Below are positions 53,643 to 64,000 of a stretch of 64,000 nucleotides of DNA, piece by piece. The stretch is from Camelus ferus (lineage: Eukaryota). Below the pieces are notes generated by a model that was given only the letters and a program-made list of their open reading frames with translations, was not told the DNA's origin and ran no database searches. The position numbers and the translations under genes are program-made. The stretch is taken from NCBI RefSeq assembly GCF_009834535.1, contig NC_045697.1:93560001-93624000 (forward strand). Reading direction: 5' to 3'. The first letter of the stretch is position 1. Every line of letters starts with the position of its first letter.

Positions 53643-56600
53643 TAAAACAGCAATGCCACTCAGAAAGCTCAAGTCTGTAACCCCCATCAAGATACCAATG
53701 CAGATGTAAGTGAGACGAACTGGTTTTAAAAATACAATACAGTCATGTATTTTAACTTGGTTTTTAATGACACTGCTTCTTAGTGACATGTGAAATTAGA
53801 AATATTTGCGTTTTTTTAGTTACAAAACAACTCACAGGGACCAAAATAAGGGACTGCTGTTCTAATATTGATGTTTACATAATAATATTGTTTTATTCTT
53901 GTCCTTTTATCAAACTGATATGAATGAAATTGATTTAATGAAAATACATAGCAGCTAATAGTTACTTGTATTTCAAGTACTTCAGTAATAAAATATTCCT
54001 TACCTAGAAAGAGAAACCAGAAAATACCTTCAAATTAAGTGAAAATTACTAGTAATGTGTGAAATAAATTTATTAACTATAAGAATTATTAAAAAAATAA
54101 AAGAATTGTATAATTTGAAACAGAATTAAGAAAACCAATTCAAACACATACTTGTAGAACATGTTTTTCATCTATTGAGCATTAAAGTAAAATCCAGGTA
54201 ACTCAATAACAGGATCATGTGTATTTGCTTTTGAATTACTATCTGATCAACTTGGTATTTTTTGATGCTAATTAGTTTGCACCAACATTTACCCTATCCA
54301 GCCTTAAACAAAACAGAAGGCTCATGAGGATGAAATACAAATTTTGCAAATGTTAAAGGAATAAAGCATCTGCAAGATATTTTACATAACCATCATAGAA
54401 TATATCCCAAAAGGCATTGTTTGAAACTACAAAAAGGTTTGTTATTCATATCAAAATGAATACCATACAGTACATTTGGGGGATCAAAATATATTGCATT
54501 CTAATTCTTCTCATATGTCCTAGATTTTCATGTGAAAGGAAATGTAGCTTTCATAGGTCGCCTGCTATTTTGGATTATACATAATATTTCTATTTATAAC
54601 ATGATGTATTTTCTTCACAGATGAAAGAGGTTAATTATCTTACGAAAGTTAGCATAAGATTGGGAATGAGATAGAAGGTTAAGGCTTGTGACTACCGGCA
54701 CAAAGTCCCTTTCATTAAATTATACGTTCTCCTTTCTAAATAGAGGCTGCTTCATACAGGTATAAAAATAATCGTCTCCTAAAACTGTTGTGAGCCTGCA
54801 AATGGTTAACTGTAAATACATTATTTCCATAAATGATACATAAATTCCAAGTAAAAATTATTTATGTATTCTTTATTAAAGTATAGCTCAGGCTCTATTA
54901 TTCTCAAACTAAAAATAAAGTCATTTTTATTAGCCAGAAAAAAACTTTTGCTTGTATACACATAAGTCATCTCAAGATAGGATTACTTCTGTTATTAATA
55001 TTTGTGTTATTTCAACACAGTGTTACAGTATTAAATGGGTATTTTAACACTTGCATCCAGTTAGAAAATAAAGCTCACAAGAGCTACCATAATAGATACA
55101 TTTCATAATCATATGAATAGCTATTATTAAACATTTTAATAAAAATAATAAAGATATTTGTAAACAAAAAAGTCTAAGTGAGTTTGGAATTCAACGTAAT
55201 GTGTTTGAGTCCAGAGCTTCTACTTTTAACTATTATCTCATAAGTAAAGCTTTGAATGATATTATTTACTTGAAAAGTGAAATCAGATTTAATAGACATT
55301 GAGATCTTGAAATAAAAAATGTGCACAAATATATTGCTGTAGGATATGCAATATAATTTACTGTAAAATATAGCATAAATAATGTGACATAAGTATATAT
55401 ATACATGTAAATAAATAAATAAAGTATATCAAGAAGACAGCATTTGAAATAGCTTAATCAGCAGTCCACACTCCAGAGATAGCTACATATTTTAAATACC
55501 ATTACAAAGACAATGAAAGCATGAAGAATTGTAAATCTGTTTTACAGTTGATGAAATGAATGGCATTCAATGTATATACGTATGAGTACATTATAAACGT
55601 TTTGGCCAGCCCAGCATCCTGCTATCTTGAAAGTAGTGCTGTACTCTGAGGCTGCAGTGTACAGTTCTGCTCTCTTTTCTCCTTCACTTACAAGGGGTTC
55701 ATTTTTTTGACTCAACCAAAAGGTTTACTGCTCTAGTGCAGGTTTATTTTGGTATGCACCAAGAGTTACACTAGTATGTTTGCATTTCTGAGTGGGTCCT
55801 TAACTAGGAGAACAGCTGTGTAGCAAGTTTTTCCTTCCCTCCCACCCTCACTTTTCACTAATCAGTGTTTGCATTTTACACATTTGGCAGATTTTAATCA
55901 AATATGGTATTTTCACCATTAATAAGCCACATCGTGCTTACTGTTTGCTAAATTGTTTTGTTTATTGAATTGATTTCATTCAGAAAGTATGTATTGATGT
56001 ACTCCTAACAGTTCTAATGGCACTAGTGGTATTAATGGGTAAGGGACAAAATAGAAGACCAAGTAGCTACCCTACAAATACATTGAAAGGGATAGATTTA
56101 AACAAAGTAACATTACTAATAAATTGTGTGATATAAAAACATTATTCAAAGATCATGTCACATCATAGAGAGAATCTGTGCATTTTATGAAAGCAAATAA
56201 AGAATGAAATGCCTTGAAGGACACACAGGACACTACATTTTGTTAATCATAATATATTATAGAGGATTTAGCAGAAGAAGTGACAGAGTAAGCACAGGAG
56301 TTAAAATATTATGAATGCCTCAGGGATTTTCTAATTCAGTTATGGAGGCAAAACTACAATGGAAAATTATAGTCAGAATCGTCAAATGTACAACCCTACC
56401 TCTCCATGTAAAGACACATACACATATCAAGCCTCATATGCTAATTTTAAATGTAATTAATGTTCAGAGGCTAAAAGGAACTAAGGCAGGCTGTACTTGT
56501 CTTGTGTGATTTCAAGTAGCAAATGGGATCTGAGCTAGACATCAGACATGTCAAAAGCATTGAAAGAAAATGGGGAGAAGAAAAATATCGGAATGTAATA

Positions 56601-56719
56601 GTGAAAAATATCCGAGAGCTGAATGGCAAAGGAATTAGAATAGAAAGGATTACAATGTCTAAACAGAATCAACAAGAAAATGTTCACCTTTAAAGAAATA
56701 TTTTAAATACGTTTATGTA

Positions 56720-56727
<8 letters not shown>

Positions 56728-56772
<45 letters not shown>
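56728..56772. repeat. (TG)22 microsatellite
   Basis: Seen directly. Confidence 0.97.
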
Positions 56773-56775
<3 letters not shown>

Positions 56776-56864
56776 GGTATACTATGTAAAAAAAATGAAA
56801 ATCTAAATATTCCAAAGAGTTAACTCTCTGAGGAGTTATATAGCTCATTATACTCTGTGAAGAT

Positions 56865-57186
56865 TTCCAGGCACCTAGGTTTTCTTCTTTCTTACTGTTC
56901 TGCTCTCCTCCAGGGTGTCTTACTCACCTGCTTGATAGTGGGTTGTTCACTAACAGCACATCTGTTTTCCTTGGGAATGAAGAAAGAAAGTAGATAGAAG
57001 ACCATCATTTTAATTCTTAAAATTTGTGACCAGAAGCGGCTCCTATCCTATTGGCTTGAATTTAGTCACATGGCCGTATCTGGCAGTAAGACAAGATAGG
57101 GAAGGAGGTTTCTAGCTTTGCATTAAGTCATTTTGCTACATGGAAAAAGGGAAAATAGGTACTGGAGAAAAATTAAAAGTCTGTCG
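56865..57186 (-). mobile_element. Old MaLR LTR (MLT1J/K-like) fragment
   Basis: cctattggcttgaatttagtcacatggcc...gggaaggaggtttctagct...ggaaaaagggaaaataggtactgg. Confidence 0.55.
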
Positions 57187-57617
57187 TAGGAGTAAACCAG
57201 TGAAAACTTAAAAATAAAATTAATTAAAGTGGTTTTTGGACACAAGTATTAGGGAGAGGATGAATGATGAGGGAACTCTTGATTTTCATAATTAAACTGT
57301 TATGTAATTATTTGGTATCTAAAAATCATATTGTATGTGGTACTTTGATGGTATTTTATAAATTAAACCACAAAACAATATATGACATTGGGAAATGTGA
57401 GGGAAAAACGGGAGAGTGAGCAAAGAAAGACATAGTGTCAATGTTAAAATATGAGCATTTGGAAATATATAATGCTGTGGGACTTTCTAATGCAAAAGTT
57501 AATGTCTAGAGATTTGGATAGTGTTATAGGAAGAAATACAGAAATGTCTGATTTTCCCAAGGTTAATAAAATAGAAGTACTCCCTTTTCACCAACACATA
57601 CAGCATGGCCCCTTAAT

Positions 57618-58866
57618 ATTTTTTAAAATTTTTTATTGAAGAGTTGATGTACAGTATTATAAAAGTTATAGGTCTACCTCATAGTGAGTCACAATTTTTA
57701 AAGGTTACACTCCATTAATAGTTATCATAAAATATTGGCTATATTCCCTGGGTTGTACAATATATCCTGTAGCTAACTTTATACATAATAGTTTGTACCC
57801 CTTAATCCCCTACCTCTTTATTGCCCCTCACACCTTTCCTCTTCCCACTGGTAACCCCTAGTTAGTTCTCTATATCTGAGTCTTTTTTTGTTGTTGTTAT
57901 ATTCACTAATTTGTTTTATTTTTTAGGTCTCACGTAAATAATATCATTATAGTGTTGTCATTACAGTGTTTGTCTGTCTCACTTATTGCACTTAGCGTAA
58001 GACCATCCAGGTCCATCCATATTGCTGCAAAAGGCAAAATTTCATTCTTTTTTATGGCTGAGTAGTTATCCATTGTGTGCATATAAAACACATCTTCTTT
58101 ATCCATTTACTTGTTGATGAACACTTAGGTTGCTTCCATATTTTGGTAATTGTAACTAATGCTGCTACGAACATCGGGGTGAATGTATCTGTTCAAATTA
58201 GTGTTTTTGTTTTTTTGATTGTATACCCAGGAGTGGAATTGCTGGGTCCTGTAGTTCTATTTTTAGTTTTTTGAGAAACTTCCATACTGTTTTCCACAGT
58301 GTCTGCACCGATTTACATTCCTACCAACAGTGTACAGAGGTTCCTTTTTCTCCACATCCTTGCCAGCATTTGTTATTTGCATCCTTTCTTGATGATAGTC
58401 ATTCTGACAGGTGTGAGCTGGTATCTCATTGTAGTTTTGATTTGCGTTTCCCTCATGACTAGTGATGCTTAGCATCTTTTCATGTGCCTGTTGGCTATCT
58501 GCATTTCCTATTTGGAGAAAATGTTTATGTAGTTTTTGGCATTTTTAAATCAGGTTGTTGGTTTTTTTTTTGATGTTGAGTTGTTTGAACTGTTTATATA
58601 TGTTGGCTATTGACCCCCTGTCAGTCATATAATTTGCAAATATTTTCTCCATTCAGCAGGTTGTCTTTTTATTTTATCAAAGATTTCCTTTGTTGTGCAA
58701 AAACTTTTAAGTTTAATTAGGTCCCATTTGTTTATTTTTGCTTTTGTTTTCTTTGCTTTAGGAGACATATCCAAAAAAAGAAATATTACTACTATTAAGT
58801 CAGAGTGTATTCTGCCTATGTTTTCCTCTAAGAGTTTTATGGTTTCTGGTCTTACATTTAAATCTT
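57618..58866 (-). mobile_element. 5'-truncated L1 (ORF2 C-terminus plus 3' UTR), about 1.25 kb
   Basis: tttttattgaagagttgatgtacag tail, cccactggtaacccctagt, peptide [21 protein letters not shown], ending at ggtttctggtcttacatttaaatct. Confidence 0.92.
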
Positions 58867-61084
58867 AAAGAACTATAAGAAAAAGAACAAGAAAAATGGA
58901 AGCAAAATAAATCAGAGGAAAATACCTTTTAGCCTTTACACTTCAGACTTCCTGCCTTGATCACAAAGTAAAACTTACAGTGAGAGATAGGCTTAGAAAT
59001 GTGTGTTATATGAGGGCACATGTTCACATGCGTGTAGGAGGTGTGTGTGTCTATGTGCATGTGGTTGGGGAAAGAGAGGGCATGGAAGCTTTTTCACATA
59101 ATGTAACTTCATCTTTGTCTTCTATCTGTCTTCTATCTTTGAAAATAAGTTACACCCTTGATTTAGGGATGAGGAAACTAAGATTCAAATTACATATCTG
59201 ACTGAAGATTATTGGACTAATTTCTGAAGGATCTGTAAGTAATATCCGTGAATCTAACTACTAGTGAGAATTATGAGAATCAGGTGATGGGATTTTGATC
59301 ATGTATGAAGAGAAATCTGTCACACAAATGCAGACTCAATGAAAGTAACTTTATTTAAAAAACTTATTCATGAAAAAAGTTAATTTAAAAATGATGAATA
59401 TGTCATTCAAATCAGAAAAGTAATTCAGTAAATATCATATTATTAGTCCAACATATGTTGTTCAATTATATAATTACTTGAAATGTATAATCCAAATTTA
59501 CTGTCTATTTTTATTTCTGAAATAAATCTTTTCAAAAATTTATCATGGTGTCACATTGAAATAAAGTTGTTTCTTGAAGCTAACAATTATAGATATTTTA
59601 AAATGTAGTGTGAGCATGCTATTGTATCTAATAATTTTTTTAAAGTTAAGACATCAGCAGCATGTAAGAACTGTGTTTTTATCTTTAACTACAAAAATGC
59701 ATAGTGTACAGCGAAAATAAATTTAGGGATGCATTTAAAAATCATATGCATACATTGATTAAATTTTATTCCTAGTATTAAAATGACATCACTTATCTTC
59801 TATAAAATACTCTCCTTCATTTTAAAGACTTTTCTGGAAAACCATTCCTTATGTATCTTCTGTAATACCAAACAAAATATTGATTAATTTACTCATTAGA
59901 AAGAACTGGAACCTGAATTTCAAATATATTTCTAAAAGGATGAATGATCATTTATAATTCATCATTAAACATTAAGATAGTAACAGTTAATACTTCACTC
60001 TCCTAAAATGATCATTAAAATCATCATTATGCAGCTTCTGTGTTGTCTCCTGATTATAAAACTGGCCATGCGCCAGAGAGAACTGTGCACCGGAATCAGC
60101 GATAAAGGCCAGGTGCACCCAGCAGTGCTTCCACTTATGCAGCCATTGCTGCTCTACCACCCAGCAAAAACCTTATGAAATTCTGTGTTAGCTGCTTCAC
60201 TGCCTTTTGATATCTGAGAAGCCATTCTTCCCTTAAGCCTATTATAAATAAGTGGGTTAAAGAAAAAAATATATACAAAATGCTGGTGGAGTGAAAGAAA
60301 AAGTTTATTCCCCACTGTGGCTCATAATCACTGCACATGGCCTTCTGGATGTGGAGGGAATTGTGATTAAATGTAAGGAAATGTGGACTTGTTACAAGTT
60401 AGAATGGCTTTTCTTTAGCAAACTTTAATATTTTGACTGAGTTTTATTTTATTTTTTAAGAATAAGTATGTCAGATAATTTTTTATTAATATGAAAGATA
60501 ACATATAGCAGACAATGTGAACTGACACTTGATTTCACAGATTTTAAAATACATAAATTTTAAAACATCAGCTTGTTTTTATTATCTGCTTCAAGAGAGA
60601 AACCTAATTCTTCACCTCTGGCAACATGGTAAGTCATAGTTTTTGAAAACACTAGGGTAAAATATTTTGGCATGTTAGGGCATGGGAAATATTTTATGAA
60701 CTGAGAGGGACCAGTTCAATTTATTGCATTGGCTAATTCTAAGCACATCCATTTTTTTCAGCGGAAATAAACCAGTCTGAAGAGAAAACTAAAAGAATAT
60801 TTAAAGACATGATTGAAGTAACTATACAGTAACCATGGCATTTAGAACATTTACTTGTCCATACCAGATTTAACATTTGTAAAAGTAGCTGTGCAATTCT
60901 TATTACTGACTCAGCTGAGTGTAATTGATAGAAAAGAAGGCGTTTTGCTGCTCCCTAGTGAGGAAATTAAGTGATCAAGTGATGATGATAATAAGTCAGT
61001 AATAAACTGCATCATGCTTTTTACACCCAACGAATGTCAGATTTCATACAGAGGTACTTTATAGCCAGGAAACAGAATATAAAA

Positions 61085-61415
61085 CATCAACAGTATTCCA
61101 AACATAAAACAACAAGAACGTTCCAAACAAAAAATTATGATAATCCTTCATCAGTTTATTTAGTTCTATGTAATTAATTCTTGTTTCGCTTGATCTTGGG
61201 TTAGCAGATCCCATGAACCCATTAGCTTCTTAATTAGCATTCTGGATTTCTGACTCAGCTCAGTGGTATTATCTCAGAGTTACGAACAATGCCATCAGAT
61301 GCCTGTATACCACAGTACCTGGCATAGTCCTTTCCATGAGTCTGCAAGATAGTTCCTTTTTGTTGAAGATGAATCACTCGGGCATGTAGCTGTTTGCAAA
61401 AGCTGTCAGGGAAAC
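61085..61415. mobile_element. ERV1 internal (MER4-group-int-like) non-coding fragment
   Basis: catcagtttatttagttctatgtaattaattcttgtttcgcttgatcttgggttagcag...catgaaccca resembles recalled ERV1 internal consensus. Confidence 0.45.
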
Positions 61416-62210
61416 ATTTGTTTCTGCTTCTTTTATTTTCTGAAGGAGAGTGTATAAAATGGCTGATATTTTTTCCTTAAATGCTAGGTTGAATTCATCA
61501 ATGGAACTCTGTGGTCCTAGAGTTTTCTTTGTTGAAAACACTTTAAAGTGAATGTATTTGATAGCCATAGGGCTATCCAAGTTATCTGTTTCATCTTGAG
61601 TTAATTTTGATAGTTTGCATCTTTTAAAGAAAGTAGTACGTTTCATTTAAGCTGGTGAATTTCTGGGAATACAGTTTTGTGATGTTTCATTATTATCACT
61701 AGAGTTCCATATAGCCTCTAATACTGTCTCCTCGTTTCTCTTTTTTTGGAGACATCAGTGATTTATTGACTAGTATGATTTCTCATTTTTAATTCTATTT
61801 AGTTCTACAATTATCTTATATTCTTGTTTCTGCTTGCTGTGGGTTTACTTTGCTATTCTTTTTCTGGTTCCCTTAACGATTTGAAGGCTTTTGTTTATCT
61901 AATGTAATACATACAATTTAACTCTATAATTCTGTAAACTTTTCCTTGAAGATTGCTTTAGCTGCATCCCATAATTTTTAAGGCTGCATTTTCATTCCAT
62001 TCCAAATATGATTAAATTTTCTTTGAGGCTCTTCTGTTATCATAGATGGTTTCAACATGGGTTGTTTAATTTCCAAATATTTGGGGATTTTTGAGGTGTC
62101 TTTCTTGTATTAATTTCTAGTTTATTTTATAATATGAGAAAATAATTTGTACGGTTTTTATTTTTTAAAGTTGTTCTGTGGCAGTTTGTGGTTTATCTTG
62201 GTGAATATTA
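61416..62210 (-). mobile_element. Old L1 ORF2 fragment
   Basis: Peptide KLSKLTQDETDNLDSPMAIK...TKKTLGPQSSIDEFNLAFKEKISAILYTLLQKIKE (L1 ORF2 PGPDGF/Z-domain region). Also gctttagctgcatcccataa. Confidence 0.8.
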
Positions 62211-62875
62211 TTCCCTACCAGCTGTGGTTCTGGTCCCAGGAGGTATTCCTGACACTCCCTAAGGGGTAGAAGGTCTCTCTTTTTTCCCATATGTAATGGT
62301 TGTTCCCAGTGTCTCAGTGATGTCAGTTTTTATTACTCTTCTCACAGATTAAAGCTTTTCTTTCCTTTTTTTCCCACGTATTTGATACCGGAGAATGATT
62401 CTTACGCAGTTTTTTGCCCCTCGTCAATACCTGCTGCCCTTTACCCTGTGCTGTTTTGAGAAGGCAGATTTTTTTTTAAGACACCTCCCTTTTCTGTGAG
62501 CTTCTCCTGGGGTTTGTAGAAAAAAAGGCCAGCAAAAAGCTGCAGTTCCTGTTTATACGTGTGGCCGCTAGGAGCTCCGTGCTTTTCTGCCAGTCTGCTC
62601 GCGGGCACTGCCAGTTCATCAGTTATTCTAGCTGTATTCTTCTTGCACTGCAGCCTGAATCCTCTGCCCTTCTAATGCAGTGTTTGCTGCCTGCACCTCC
62701 CTACAGGAGTCTATGTGTCTTTAGATTTTGGATTATTTGGTTGCTCTGAAATGTCAGGTCTCTGATGGGTTCAAGTAAAGTCACAGACCTGACTGGAATT
62801 CTGTCTGGGTTTTTTCTTTTTGTAAGTATGGTGTGATGCCCCTTCCAACTCTACGTATTCCTGAGATGAAGGCAA
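62211..62875 (-). mobile_element. Probable old L1 5'-region fragment
   Basis: More GC-rich, pyrimidine-biased sequence contiguous with the L1 ORF2 piece. Family not resolved. Confidence 0.35.
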
Positions 62876-64000
62876 AAGTGAATATAAGCCATTGAAGTTC
62901 AGAGATTCTGCCTTTTAAATTAGAATTTAAAGCATTTACATTTGTTCAAACATTTTACGTTGTTCTATTTTCATAATAGCATTCTATGAATACATGTTTA
63001 CATACTAAAAAAAGTATAAGCAGTAAAGAGGAAAAAATTAAAAAGTGAGACATTAGGAGTCATAATATTGTGCCAGATTCTTTAACTCCTTGGTCATATG
63101 AGAAATAATTATATTTCATCATCATATTTGTGAAAGTAAAAATTCTCCAACTTTAGGAATTTTCCGTATTTGGCACAGTACCAGGAGCACAGACTTTACA
63201 TCATACATAAAGCTGGACATGCCTTGAAGAAACAGGCCTGATGATATAGGTGTACATACTAATATAGCCAAGAGATGATTGATAATGATACGCCACAGAG
63301 ATCTCTGAAAGGCCCTTGAGATAATATAGATTAGCCTACAAAATTTTAATAATGGGGTTCAGAAAAGAATCTGGGTAAGGAGGTTCAAAAGAAATGAGAA
63401 AAGTCATAAGCAGTATCAATAAACACCCTACACAGAGCACTCTAAGTATCCAAGTAGGATTTTCTCCAGTGTATTGATTTCCCTTTCCATCCACCCATTT
63501 TGGGGAGGGTCTTGTGCAAAGGCAGCTATCATTTAGATTGTTTTTAGTCTTTTGAGACCAAGGAGAAATATCTTAATGCAGAAATGTACACTTTATTTGC
63601 TCATAAATTGGTTTGTTTTACAGCCTTATCTTTCACTCTGAGTCATTATATAGATAAGTTTAAATATGTTTCAATATTTTCCCCAGATCCTTTAATTCAA
63701 ATTCCTAGAGTTAGTATGTATTTCAAAGACTGTCCTATTCTCAAGAAAAATAATTTTCTTTTAGAAAAATTTACAAACTTTTTAATTAAAGTGCCATATA
63801 TTCTTTAAACATTATATCCTTAGGTTTTAGCAGAGGCAAGCACATCTATATATTTTAGTTTAATAAGCCTATTTGCTATTTTTGATTTATAATTATGTAA
63901 TTTTTAACAAATGGAAAAATACATAAGAATTTAACTAACACACTAAATACATTTAAAATCAGACATGACATGAAAAGCCAATGCTCATACACTGATTTCA

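Noticed and set aside
54881..54891. gtatagctcag as a tRNA-derived SINE head or A-box
   Set aside because: No B-box or SINE body follows.
227..63808. All 60-129 aa ORFs in the supplied track as genes
   Set aside because: They are short, low-complexity or repeat-derived. Those with recognisable sequence are broken L1 ORF2 pieces. None resembles a cellular protein I recognise.
1..64000. CRISPR arrays, prokaryotic operons or defence systems, rRNA/tRNA genes
   Set aside because: No regularly spaced repeat-spacer structure, no gene-dense ORFs and no recognisable structural RNA. The sequence is mammalian and repeat-rich.

Overview
This window is AT-rich, CpG-depleted mammalian nuclear DNA, either a large intron or intergenic sequence. 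It is not prokaryotic. I found no protein-coding gene, RNA gene, CRISPR array or operon that I can support. The only ORFs in the track that resemble known proteins are decayed LINE-1 ORF2 pieces. Recognisable content is mostly interspersed repeats: about 17 LINE-1 fragments (several with readable target-site duplications), ancient L2 and MIR relics, three ERV1-class solo LTRs with exact 4-bp TSDs, other ERV1/MaLR/ERVL LTR remnants, and microsatellites. The youngest L1 3' ends look artiodactyl-type, and I saw no Alu, B1/B2, Can-SINE, Bov-tA/CHR or PRE-1, which suggests a camelid genome (inference). I did not find a new biological system. The best leads are modest: a CpG-retaining, splice-flanked open 204-nt segment (5582-5785), a CRE/E-box/GC-box/CArG-like cluster (about 2.8-3.0 kb), a poly(A)-only retrotransposition scar with a perfect 16-bp TSD, a closely spaced inverted L1 pair, and a double-E-box palindrome inside an LTR. 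Repeat family names and most boundaries come from recalled consensus sequences matched by eye and need RepeatMasker/Dfam confirmation.
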